The notes under the pieces are model-generated. The model saw only the letters and a list, made by a program, of their open reading frames with translations. It did not search any database and was not told where the DNA came from. Shown in pieces: positions 43,738-52,978 of a stretch of 64,000 nucleotides of DNA. Source of the DNA: an uncultured Aminicenantes bacterium. Its GTDB lineage: Bacteria > Acidobacteriota > Aminicenantia > UBA2199. Position numbers and translations under genes: made by a program. Numbering within the stretch: the stretch's first letter is position 1; every line of letters starts with the position of its first letter. Where the stretch lies: assembly GCA_965195285.1 (NCBI GenBank), contig CBDAFS010000039.1, positions 32,001 through 96,000 of the forward strand. Direction: 5' to 3'.

Positions 43738-44862
43738 TTATTCATATATTTGAAACTTCCCACCCCTTACAATTTTGATTACAGCTTGTTGAATCACATC
43801 ACCATTTTTATCAAATGTTGTATCACCAACAATTCCTGGATAATGCTTTACTGTATATATATAATTTTTAATACTTTCCGCAGTTAATTCAGCATTTGAT
43901 TCTAATATCGCCAATGATATAATCTTAATAGCATCATAACTCAAGGCAGCAAAAATATCTGGTTCCACATTATATTTATCTACATATTTTTTTACAAATT
44001 TTTTGATATTATGGGCATTACTTTTTGGATCATAAGTTCGAGCTGAATATATAACACCTTCGGCAGAATCACCTGCAATCTTAAGAATCTCAGGATCCTC
44101 AAACATCACAGTGCTTAAAAACTGTTTGTTAATGTCAAGCTCTCTTGATTGTCTAAGTAATTGCGCTAGTTCTTTATAGCCGATAATATAGATTGCATCT
44201 GGATTATACTTTTTTATTTTAGATAATTGTAAACGAAAATCTGTAGTTCCTTGATCAAAAGTTTCTGAAATCAAGATTTCTCCGCCTAATTTTATATAAT
44301 TTGTGGTAAATACATCTTTTATTCCTAAGCCATAGTCATTATTTACATAAAGAATAGCAACTTTTTCCAATTTCATTTTTCTAATTGAAAATTCAGCCAT
44401 AATATTCCCTTCAAAAATATCAGATGCACAATTTCGAAAAATATAATCACCAGCATTAGTTATTTCAGGTGCAGAAGATGTTGGAGAAAGTAATACAACT
44501 TTGTTTTTATTCAAAATTGGCGATACTGCCAAAGTCACACTACTGAACAAACCACCAATTATAACTGGTACATTATGTGTTGATATCAACATTTGAACTG
44601 CTAAAACACCTGTTTTTGGATCACCTTTTGAATCTTCAAAAATTACTTCGATTTTTTTCTTAGTACTTTTTTTTTCATTTATTTCATCAATAGCAAGATT
44701 AATAGCATTTTTTGCTGTTTCCCCATATTTAGCACCATCTCCAGTTAAAGGCATAATAGCGCCAATCTTTATTACAGTTTCCTCTTTTATTGGTTTACAA
44801 CTTTGAGCACAAATAATCAACAATACTAAACAGACTGCTAATGAATAATTTTTTTTACTCAT
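43738..44862 (-). CDS. LIV-family periplasmic binding lipoprotein
   Basis: Lipobox-like QSC, KIGAIMPLTG, EDS..DP, NNDYG, YDA. Confidence 0.9.
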   Translation of the reverse strand: MSKKNYSLAVCLVLLIICAQSCKPIKEETVIKIGAIMPLTGDGAKYGETAKNAINLAIDEINEKKSTKKKIEVIFEDSKGDPKTGVLAVQMLISTHNVPVIIGGLFSSVTLAVSPILNKNKVVLLSPTSSAPEITNAGDYIFRNCASDIFEGNIMAEFSIRKMKLEKVAILYVNNDYGLGIKDVFTTNYIKLGGEILISETFDQGTTDFRLQLSKIKKYNPDAIYIIGYKELAQLLRQSRELDINKQFLSTVMFEDPEILKIAGDSAEGVIYSARTYDPKSNAHNIKKFVKKYVDKYNVEPDIFAALSYDAIKIISLAILESNAELTAESIKNYIYTVKHYPGIVGDTTFDKNGDVIQQAVIKIVRGGKFQIYE

Positions 44863-45102
44863 AAAAACCTCCCAACAACCTTAATTATAAAATTAATTAA
44901 ATCAAATTCAAAAAAAAAAGTCAAATTGAAAAAAGTATTTTCATAAATTAATATACATAAACATTTAAATAAGAAGAATTGAATAAATTCGATTTAAAAT
45001 CCCAATTCAAATATTGACAAAAAAAAAGAATTTATTAATAATACAAATGGGATACAGAATTTATTTCTTATAGTTAAAATTAGTTTTTTCAAAATAAAAC
45101 AA

Positions 45103-46335
45103 ATGTATTACATAGAACTATTTTCAGGTGCCGGTGGATTATCCGAAGGTTTCATAAAAGCAGGGTTTAAACCAATAGCCCATATTGAGATGGATAAAAA
45201 TTCATGTTGTACATTAAAAACCAGACATGCTTATCACTATTTAAAAAAAAAGAGGAAACTGGATATATATCAATCCTATTTAAAAAAAGAAATATCACGC
45301 GAAGATTTGTATTCAACAATCCCTGATGATTTAATTGAATCAATTATAGAGACAGAAATTACAGAAAATAATCTAAAACTTATTTTCAATAAAATAAAAT
45401 ATTTTCAAAAAAGTAAAAGTATATCAGATATTGATTTAATTATTGGGGGCCCTCCCTGTCAGGCATATTCAACCATTGGAAGAGCAGCAACAAAAAACAA
45501 AAAGTCTTTTGACCTTAGAAATTATTTGTATCAACTATACGGTCGTTTTTTATTGGAATTCAAACCAAAATTATTCTTATTTGAAAATGTACCGGGTATA
45601 AAAACAGCAGGAAATGGTCAGTATTATTGTAGTTTGAAGGACGAATTCAGAAATTTTGGATATGAAATTGAAGATAGAATGCAAAATGCTGCAGATTATG
45701 GCGTCATACAGAGAAGAGAAAGAGTTATCATAATTGGCTGGCGGAAGGATATACAGTTTAGATATCCTGAATTTGAGAATATTGAGAATAAATGGACGGT
45801 TAAGGATATATTATTCGATTTACCTGAATTGAAAGCTGGAGAATCAATTAATATTGGAAAGTATATAAGTAAACCATCTGAATATATAAAAATGTTCAAT
45901 ATCCGTAATGGAAGTGATATTTTGACCCAACATATAGCTAGACCTCATAATAAAAAAGATTTAAGAATTTATAAACTGGCAATTGAAAAGTGGAACAAAA
46001 ACCATAAGAGAATAATGAATTTCGAAATTCCAGACAAAATTAGAACCCAGAAAAACATTTCATCATTCCTTGATCGATTTAAAGTTGTATCAAAAGATGA
46101 TTTATCACATACATTAATAGCTCATATAGCAAAAGATGGACATCATTATATTCATCCGGATATTGAACAGTTAAGATCTATTAGTATTAGGGAAGCAGCA
46201 AGGATCCAATCTTTCGAAGATAATTACTATTTTGAAGGCCCAAGAACTTCTATTTTTAATCAAATTGGAAATGCAGTCCCTCCACTCTTGTCCTATGCTA
46301 TTGCTTCAAAAATAAGGGATATTATAAATGTCTAA
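45103..46335 (+). CDS. dcm: DNA (cytosine-5)-methyltransferase
   Basis: ELFSGAGG, GGPPCQ, ENV, QRRER, REAARIQSF, QIGNAVPP. Confidence 0.95.
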   Translation: MYYIELFSGAGGLSEGFIKAGFKPIAHIEMDKNSCCTLKTRHAYHYLKKKRKLDIYQSYLKKEISREDLYSTIPDDLIESIIETEITENNLKLIFNKIKYFQKSKSISDIDLIIGGPPCQAYSTIGRAATKNKKSFDLRNYLYQLYGRFLLEFKPKLFLFENVPGIKTAGNGQYYCSLKDEFRNFGYEIEDRMQNAADYGVIQRRERVIIIGWRKDIQFRYPEFENIENKWTVKDILFDLPELKAGESINIGKYISKPSEYIKMFNIRNGSDILTQHIARPHNKKDLRIYKLAIEKWNKNHKRIMNFEIPDKIRTQKNISSFLDRFKVVSKDDLSHTLIAHIAKDGHHYIHPDIEQLRSISIREAARIQSFEDNYYFEGPRTSIFNQIGNAVPPLLSYAIASKIRDIINV

Positions 46336-48424
46336 AGAGCTAGCTTTTAAGCCCAAGGCAAGATTATTGTTACAATTAGGTGAACAACTAATCCGTAATG
46401 AAAGCATAGCACTTATGGAAATTATCAAAAATTCATATGATGCTGATGCCTCTAAAGTATCAATATCCATGAAAAATGTTGATGACACAAAAAAAGGTGA
46501 AATAATCATTGAAGATAATGGTATCGGAATGGATGAAAGAATTATAGAAGATGTATGGATGCAACCAGGAAGTAATTATAAATCATCATTATTTGAAAAA
46601 AGAGTTAGAACCGTAAAATATAAAAGATTACCAATAGGAGAAAAGGGAATTGGAAGATTTGGGGTACACCGTCTGGGTCAGGAAATTGAGATAATCAGCA
46701 AGAAAGAAGGTAAAAATGAAGTTTATTTAAAAATTAATTGGAGTAAATTTGAGAAAGATGACTTTTTGTCAAATATAAAAGTAAATTTATTTGAAAGACT
46801 ACCTCAATATTTTCTTAAGGGAAATACAGGTACTAAAATAATAATTAATAAACTACGAAAATCCTGGAGTCGTATTGAAGTGAGAGAATTATATAGATCA
46901 ATAAACACTTTGAATTCCCCTTTTAAATCATATGACTCTTTCGAAGTTGACTTTTCAATTGATAAAAAGAAATGGTTAGAAGGACTTCTTTCATTTGATG
47001 ATATAAAAAAATATGCCCTTTATTATTCCATAGCCTCTATTGAAGGAAATGAAATCAAAGATTTCAAGTATGAATTCCGTCCCTGGGATACAATGGTAAA
47101 ACTAAATGAAAGGAAAGTTGAAGATAAGCATATCAGGATGGTAAAAAAGATTTATGATGAAGAAAAAAGAAAAAATGTTTATGTTGATATTGATCTAAAT
47201 AAATCTAAAATAGGAAAGATAAGTTTTGAGATTTTAATTTTCGATAGGGAAAGAAGAATATTATCTTTAGGAGTTACCGATAGAAAAGGATTTGATGAAT
47301 ACCTAAATGAAAATGGTGGTATAAGGGTTTTCAGGGATGGAATTAGAATATATGATTATGGTGAAAAAAGTAATGATTGGCTTGACCTTGACATAAAAAG
47401 AGTTAATCGACCCGGGGAAACAATTAGTAATAATCTTGTTATGGGTGCAGTCTATCTTGATCGAGAAAGTAGTACTGATTTAGTTGAAAAAACAAATAGA
47501 GAAGGTTTCATTGAAAATAATGCGCTATCTGAATTTATATTGGCTATTGATTTTGCTTTAAACAATATTTTGACATATAGAAGTATTGATAAAAATAAAG
47601 TCAGAACAATATATAGTAATATTGATACAAATGAACCTGTTACTGAAAATTTGCGAGAACTGAAGAACAAAATAGAAAAAAATATTGAAAAAGGGGAATT
47701 TAAAAAGGAACTATTAAAAACAATAAAAAACATTGATAAAGATTACAAATATATAAAAGAGATTTATGTAAAAAGCGCTAGTGCTGGTTTAAGTCTTAGT
47801 ATTGTCATCCACGAAGTTGAAAAAATTTTAGCAGAATTGGTAAAAATAGTAGAAGCAACAGGATCAAGAGAAAGAATAAAATTTCTAGTAAACCACCTCG
47901 ATAAAATTGTTAATGATTATGCAACCATAATTAAACAAAGCAAAAAGGAAAAAAGTAATCTAAAATCTCTCATCGATCAATCTCTTTTCAATTTAACCTA
48001 TAGGATTAAGGCACATAATCTGAACGTAATCAGATCTTACGAAAAATATAAAGAAAATCCAGTTGTTACATGCGCACAAAATTTGGTAATAAGCGTAATC
48101 ATGAATATCATTGATAATTCAATCTTCTGGATAAATTATGCAAATAGACAAGTAAAAAAACTATATATCACATTAACCGATGAAATACCGGAACATACTT
48201 CAATATTAATTGCAGATAATGGTCCGGGATTTCATATTTCTCCAGAAGACGCAATAAAGCCCTTTATAACGGAAAAACCAGGAGGTATGGGGCTAGGATT
48301 ACATCTCGCAGATGAAGTTATGAATGCACAGGGCGGAAAACTATTATTTCCTGAAAAATTTGATTTCAAGCTACCAGTAGACCTTCAAAATGGTGCAAAA
48401 ATTTTACTAGCTTTTAAAAATTAA
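46328..48424 (+). CDS. GHKL (MORC-like) ATPase fused to C-terminal histidine kinase
   Basis: EIIKNSYDADA, DNGIGM, GEKGIGRF; then VIHE, NIIDNS, DNGPG, PFITEK.GGMGLGL. Confidence 0.88.
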   Translation: MSKELAFKPKARLLLQLGEQLIRNESIALMEIIKNSYDADASKVSISMKNVDDTKKGEIIIEDNGIGMDERIIEDVWMQPGSNYKSSLFEKRVRTVKYKRLPIGEKGIGRFGVHRLGQEIEIISKKEGKNEVYLKINWSKFEKDDFLSNIKVNLFERLPQYFLKGNTGTKIIINKLRKSWSRIEVRELYRSINTLNSPFKSYDSFEVDFSIDKKKWLEGLLSFDDIKKYALYYSIASIEGNEIKDFKYEFRPWDTMVKLNERKVEDKHIRMVKKIYDEEKRKNVYVDIDLNKSKIGKISFEILIFDRERRILSLGVTDRKGFDEYLNENGGIRVFRDGIRIYDYGEKSNDWLDLDIKRVNRPGETISNNLVMGAVYLDRESSTDLVEKTNREGFIENNALSEFILAIDFALNNILTYRSIDKNKVRTIYSNIDTNEPVTENLRELKNKIEKNIEKGEFKKELLKTIKNIDKDYKYIKEIYVKSASAGLSLSIVIHEVEKILAELVKIVEATGSRERIKFLVNHLDKIVNDYATIIKQSKKEKSNLKSLIDQSLFNLTYRIKAHNLNVIRSYEKYKENPVVTCAQNLVISVIMNIIDNSIFWINYANRQVKKLYITLTDEIPEHTSILIADNGPGFHISPEDAIKPFITEKPGGMGLGLHLADEVMNAQGGKLLFPEKFDFKLPVDLQNGAKILLAFKN

Positions 48425-48439
48425 ATAGGGGGTACAATA

Positions 48440-49771
48440 TTGATGTATCATATTGATATACCTAAGAATGGATCCGTAGTAATTATAGATGATAAAATCA
48501 AAGAAGTTATACCTTTATTTAATATACTTTCAAAAGCTGGAATTTCCTTTACTTATTATTCAGGTACTGATCTTGAAGAATTACCTGAAAAACCTATCCA
48601 AACGATAAGGGCAGTTTTTCTTGATATTCAATTAATACCTGCTTTAAATGCTCATAGCTATTCACAAATGGCTCTAAATTTGCTTGAAAAAATTATTCCA
48701 GACGATAATGGTCCTTATATTCTGTTAATCTGGAGTACAAATCAAAGGCAATATGCAGAAACACTTGAAGCACAGATTATAGGCCCTAATTATTCAAGAA
48801 GACCAGCAATAATAATACATTTAGATAAAATAGATTATTTTAAACAAGAAATACTACAAAAAAATAGTAACACACAAGAAGTGAAATTTATCCCTAAATC
48901 TGATGCATTTAAATCTATCACAAAAAAAATAAATTCTGAATTAGAAAAGGTTAAGGTTTTCCACCTTTTCACCTTATGGTCCGATATAATAAATAATTCT
49001 GCAAATGAACATGTAAACAATTTTCTAACTCTATTTCCTTATGATAATCAATGGCAAAATAATCTGAAGAAAACAATATTTAAATTAGCAAAAGCTGTTG
49101 CGGGTGATACAATTAATAATATAGAAGATGATGAAAAAATCAAATACGCTTTTTTTTCTTTAAATAGAACATTAATAGATACAATCGAAAAAAATACTAA
49201 TCTTAATTTCAAAATCAGCTTAAAAAACATTAAAAATGGAGTAATTAATCAGTCGATTATAGCAGATATAAATTCAAAATTACATCTAATGCTAATAAAT
49301 AGTGATTGGAAAATTAAAACTGGTAACCTTTATATTATTCCTCAAAACCACACAAGAATATATTCAGAACATTTGGATCTAATTATTTCTGAAAGAAATT
49401 TCAAAGCAACAAGATGTGAAGAAATAAAACTTAATAGACCAAAACTATTTAGACTGGATATAACTCCAGTTTGTGACTATGCACAGGATAAAGGATATGT
49501 GAGATTTCTATATGGTTTTATTATTGATTCAAGATTTGAGGATGAGGTTAAAAAGAAAAATTTTAATAATTATGTTAGTCCATTATTATACATTAATAAC
49601 AAAATTGTGTTTCTATTCATTGATTTTAGATTTTCAAACTCTGTCCAAAATGAAAAAAAATTCAATATAAAACTAAAACCAAATTTTGTTGTAAAAAAGG
49701 AGATCATTACAGATATGCAAACACACTTTTCACATTATATAAATAGACCTGGGATTATCAAAGTAGAGTGA
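48440..49771 (+). CDS. Receiver-domain protein with uncharacterised C-terminal domain
   Basis: VIIDD, FLDIQL, LIWST, LDK; C-terminal ITPVCDYAQ. Confidence 0.75.
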   Translation: MMYHIDIPKNGSVVIIDDKIKEVIPLFNILSKAGISFTYYSGTDLEELPEKPIQTIRAVFLDIQLIPALNAHSYSQMALNLLEKIIPDDNGPYILLIWSTNQRQYAETLEAQIIGPNYSRRPAIIIHLDKIDYFKQEILQKNSNTQEVKFIPKSDAFKSITKKINSELEKVKVFHLFTLWSDIINNSANEHVNNFLTLFPYDNQWQNNLKKTIFKLAKAVAGDTINNIEDDEKIKYAFFSLNRTLIDTIEKNTNLNFKISLKNIKNGVINQSIIADINSKLHLMLINSDWKIKTGNLYIIPQNHTRIYSEHLDLIISERNFKATRCEEIKLNRPKLFRLDITPVCDYAQDKGYVRFLYGFIIDSRFEDEVKKKNFNNYVSPLLYINNKIVFLFIDFRFSNSVQNEKKFNIKLKPNFVVKKEIITDMQTHFSHYINRPGIIKVE

Positions 49772-50541
49772 AAAAGAAAAGTCCTGGTTGGTCTTATAAT
49801 GAACTTTTGGTCGCCTTTAATTTGTACTGTAAAATTCCTTTTTCGAAAATAAATTATAGAAAAAAAGAAATAGTTAAGCTCGCAAAATTGATTAATAGGA
49901 CCCCATCAGCAGTTGCATTAAAACTTGCTAATTTTTCAAGGTTTGATCCAGAACTAAAATCCCGTCAAATTTCAGGTATGACGCATGGAAGTAAAGAAGA
50001 AGAAATAATATGGAATGAATTCAATGAAAACCAGGAAAGATTTGTTTATGGGAGTGAGAAAATACTTGCTCATTATAAAGATCAAACACTTGAAAAATCT
50101 TTTGACCTGGATATTGAATTGCTTGTAAAAGATGGAAAAGAACGTGAGGCAATTGTAAAAATGAGAGTGAATCAGAGTTTCTTCAGGAAAATGATTCTGG
50201 CGTCATATAACAATATGTGCTGTATAACCGGAATTTCTATATCCGATTTACTGGTGGCCAGTCATATAATTCCATGGTCTATTGATATAAAAAATAGAAT
50301 GAATCCAAAAAATGGCATTTGTTTAAATGTTTTACATGATAAAGCTTTTGATAAGGGGCTGATAACCATTACTCCGGATTATAAAATAATGATATCACCT
50401 CAATTAAAAAATAATAGGAACAAGTTTTCAGAATTATTTTTCTTAAAATATGAAGAATCTAAAATAATTCTACCACAGCGATTCTTTCCGGATATTGAAT
50501 TTTTAAAATATCATAACAAACACATCTTTCAAAAAAATTGA
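49768..50541 (+). CDS. HNH endonuclease (putative restriction enzyme)
   Basis: CCITG, ASHIIPW, NGICLN.LHDKAFD. Confidence 0.88.
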   Translation: MKKKSPGWSYNELLVAFNLYCKIPFSKINYRKKEIVKLAKLINRTPSAVALKLANFSRFDPELKSRQISGMTHGSKEEEIIWNEFNENQERFVYGSEKILAHYKDQTLEKSFDLDIELLVKDGKEREAIVKMRVNQSFFRKMILASYNNMCCITGISISDLLVASHIIPWSIDIKNRMNPKNGICLNVLHDKAFDKGLITITPDYKIMISPQLKNNRNKFSELFFLKYEESKIILPQRFFPDIEFLKYHNKHIFQKN

Positions 50542-51176
50542 ATAAGCAACTAAAAAAATCAAGAAGAATCTTAATAAAAAATTGGGATAAATATAAAAGA
50601 GATTTCATCTGGAGATACTTTAAAGATCCTTATAAAATAATGATTGCTGAATTTATGCTCCAGAGGACAAAAGCCCCTCAGGTAGAACCGGTATATAAAA
50701 ACTTTCTGGAAAAGTATCCTGATGTTTTCATTCTTTCTAGAGCAAAACATAAATCAATTTCAAAATTTACTACAAATCTAGGATTACATGGGAGAAGCCG
50801 GAACTTTATTGAAGCTTCGAAATTTATAATAAAAAAATATACTGGTAATTTCCCATCTACCAGAAAAGAATTGTTAAAAATTCCGGGTATCGGTGATTAT
50901 GTTGCTGGAACTATTCTTACAATATGCTTTAATAAACAGGAATATGTTATAGATAGTAATATTGCCAGATTCATTAATCGTTTTTGGGGCTTAAATTTAT
51001 CAGGAGAAATAAGAAGAAAAAAAATAATAATCTCACTTGCAACAGAATTGTTTAAATATAAAAATACAAGAGATTTATTATTCTGCTTATTGGATTTTTC
51101 AGCCTTAATATGTAAACCCCGAAATCCAGTATGCGAAACTTGTGTTTTGAGAAAACCTTGTTTCTTCTATCAATGA
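50538..51176 (+). CDS. HhH-GPD DNA glycosylase with 4Fe-4S cluster, Mig (T:G mismatch)-like
   Basis: MLQRT, IPGIGDY, VIDSN, C-x6-C-x2-C-x5-C; no MutY NUDIX tail. Confidence 0.82.
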   Translation: MNKQLKKSRRILIKNWDKYKRDFIWRYFKDPYKIMIAEFMLQRTKAPQVEPVYKNFLEKYPDVFILSRAKHKSISKFTTNLGLHGRSRNFIEASKFIIKKYTGNFPSTRKELLKIPGIGDYVAGTILTICFNKQEYVIDSNIARFINRFWGLNLSGEIRRKKIIISLATELFKYKNTRDLLFCLLDFSALICKPRNPVCETCVLRKPCFFYQ

Positions 51177-52810
51177 GAATCTTTTTCGGTTTTTAGTTTC
51201 TTGTATTTGAAAAAATCTCCGCTTTCGTCGACGATCCGGCGGTACCAGTCTTCCGGGTAACCGGGGTGTTTAACCTTGTTCAACTCATTTTTGACATTGC
51301 CATCCAGGTATTTGAAAATTAAAAACTCACCCAATTTTTTCCAGCTTTTCACCGTCGATTCAGCTATTTTGATTGAATATTTATTGAGGTATTCCCTGGA
51401 CAGTTGCGAAGACTTTTTATAAAGCTCCAAAGCCGCTTTTTCAATCTCCGGCTGATTGGACATGAAATTTCCTTCCAGCTGACGCTGGACTCTTTGTATA
51501 TCCTGAATCATATCCGAATATCGTGAATAAGCATAATTCGAGACAAAGTTGAAGACCCAGAAAGCCGAATCCCAGTTGAAATGATTGAAATCAGCAGTTC
51601 CCACGGCATAGGCTTTTGGAATCTCGCGGATACTGCAATACATGGGCACATATACAGTGCTATATGTATCATCTACCGAAAACCAGATTATCCCTCCAAC
51701 CACATCCGGAAGCCAGGACCTGGACTGGGTCACAAAAGAAAATCCGGTTTGCTGGGTGGAGGTAGCCCTTTCATTGAAATATTCTACATCATCCACTTTC
51801 CAGGTTAGGGGACGCCAGCGGTAGGGCAATTTATAAGGTCCGGCCCCTACTCCCCGGGTCATATCCAGTTCACTTCCTTCAAAATGATCCCTCATCAGCT
51901 CCATTACATCCCTTACCGATAATTTCTTATCCGGTTTAATCCACAGGGGCATGGGTTGGGCTCCGTCAACTCCCTTGATAAAATCAGATGAAAGATTCAA
52001 GGACGGAGCTACCCGTCTGAACATACTCCAGACTCTGGCTTCACAGAAACGAAGGCCACCGAAATCCAGAGGGGCATAGGCATCGACAAAACTGAAATCT
52101 TCATCCTTTCCTTTAAAATATCCTTTGTCCCTGGCAAATGAAATGACATCCTTGGCATACAGGCAATTTTGTTTATCATTCAAAGGAAACTGCCGGATTC
52201 TGGCCTGATTGGCATGGGCGCAAACATATCCATCCGGAATCAGTCGGGCCACCCAGACTGCCCCTTTGTTATCAGGTCCTTTGCCAATGATCTCCATGAT
52301 CCATACTTCATTCTTATCTGAAATGGAAAACGATTCACCGGAACTGCAATACCCGTATTTTTCAACCAGATCACCAATTATCAATACGCCTTGGCGAGCG
52401 GTTTTGGCCCGCTGAAGCATGATGTACATCAGACTTCCGTAGTCCATAACACCCTTAGGATCCTTCAATTCCTTGCGTCCGCCATAGGTGGTTTCACCGA
52501 TTGCAACCTGATACTCATTGATATTACCGACAACCGAATAGGTCTGTTCAACCTGTTTGATTTTTCCCAAATACTTTCCAGTATCCCATTCATATATATC
52601 CAGAAAAGACCCCTTGATATGACGGGCTGCCGGCGTGTAATACAATTCACCATAGAGGACATGCGAATCTGCCGCATAAGTGATCATGGTACTTCTGTCA
52701 ACTGAAGCGCCCTTGGTAATCAAAAAATTGGTGCATGCCATTAGCTCAAAATCCAACCATAAAACCATTAAAATGAGAATAAATATTGTTTTGAAAATTT
52801 TAGCAATCAT
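51170..52810 (-). CDS. C69 family dipeptidase, secreted
   Basis: Signal peptide then N-terminal nucleophile CTN, NEYQVAIGETT, HANQARI. Confidence 0.9.
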   Translation of the reverse strand: MIAKIFKTIFILILMVLWLDFELMACTNFLITKGASVDRSTMITYAADSHVLYGELYYTPAARHIKGSFLDIYEWDTGKYLGKIKQVEQTYSVVGNINEYQVAIGETTYGGRKELKDPKGVMDYGSLMYIMLQRAKTARQGVLIIGDLVEKYGYCSSGESFSISDKNEVWIMEIIGKGPDNKGAVWVARLIPDGYVCAHANQARIRQFPLNDKQNCLYAKDVISFARDKGYFKGKDEDFSFVDAYAPLDFGGLRFCEARVWSMFRRVAPSLNLSSDFIKGVDGAQPMPLWIKPDKKLSVRDVMELMRDHFEGSELDMTRGVGAGPYKLPYRWRPLTWKVDDVEYFNERATSTQQTGFSFVTQSRSWLPDVVGGIIWFSVDDTYSTVYVPMYCSIREIPKAYAVGTADFNHFNWDSAFWVFNFVSNYAYSRYSDMIQDIQRVQRQLEGNFMSNQPEIEKAALELYKKSSQLSREYLNKYSIKIAESTVKSWKKLGEFLIFKYLDGNVKNELNKVKHPGYPEDWYRRIVDESGDFFKYKKLKTEKDSH

Positions 52811-52978
52811 GATTTTTAAAACCTCCTTTGCTTTCAAGTGAATGATCAACGAATTTTGAATACTTAAAAAACGCATCAACTATTTTATCTAAATCAAAAT
52901 CCGAAGTAAAGAAAATAATTTGTTGCAATAGTAAAATATTTACTTTAGAATGAAATATTATTTACATTCATCTTTATC

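Larger units (their letters stand above)
41640..51176. other. AT-rich accessory island
   Basis: Visibly lower GC than flanks; non-housekeeping cargo; no integrase or att repeats seen. Confidence 0.6.
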
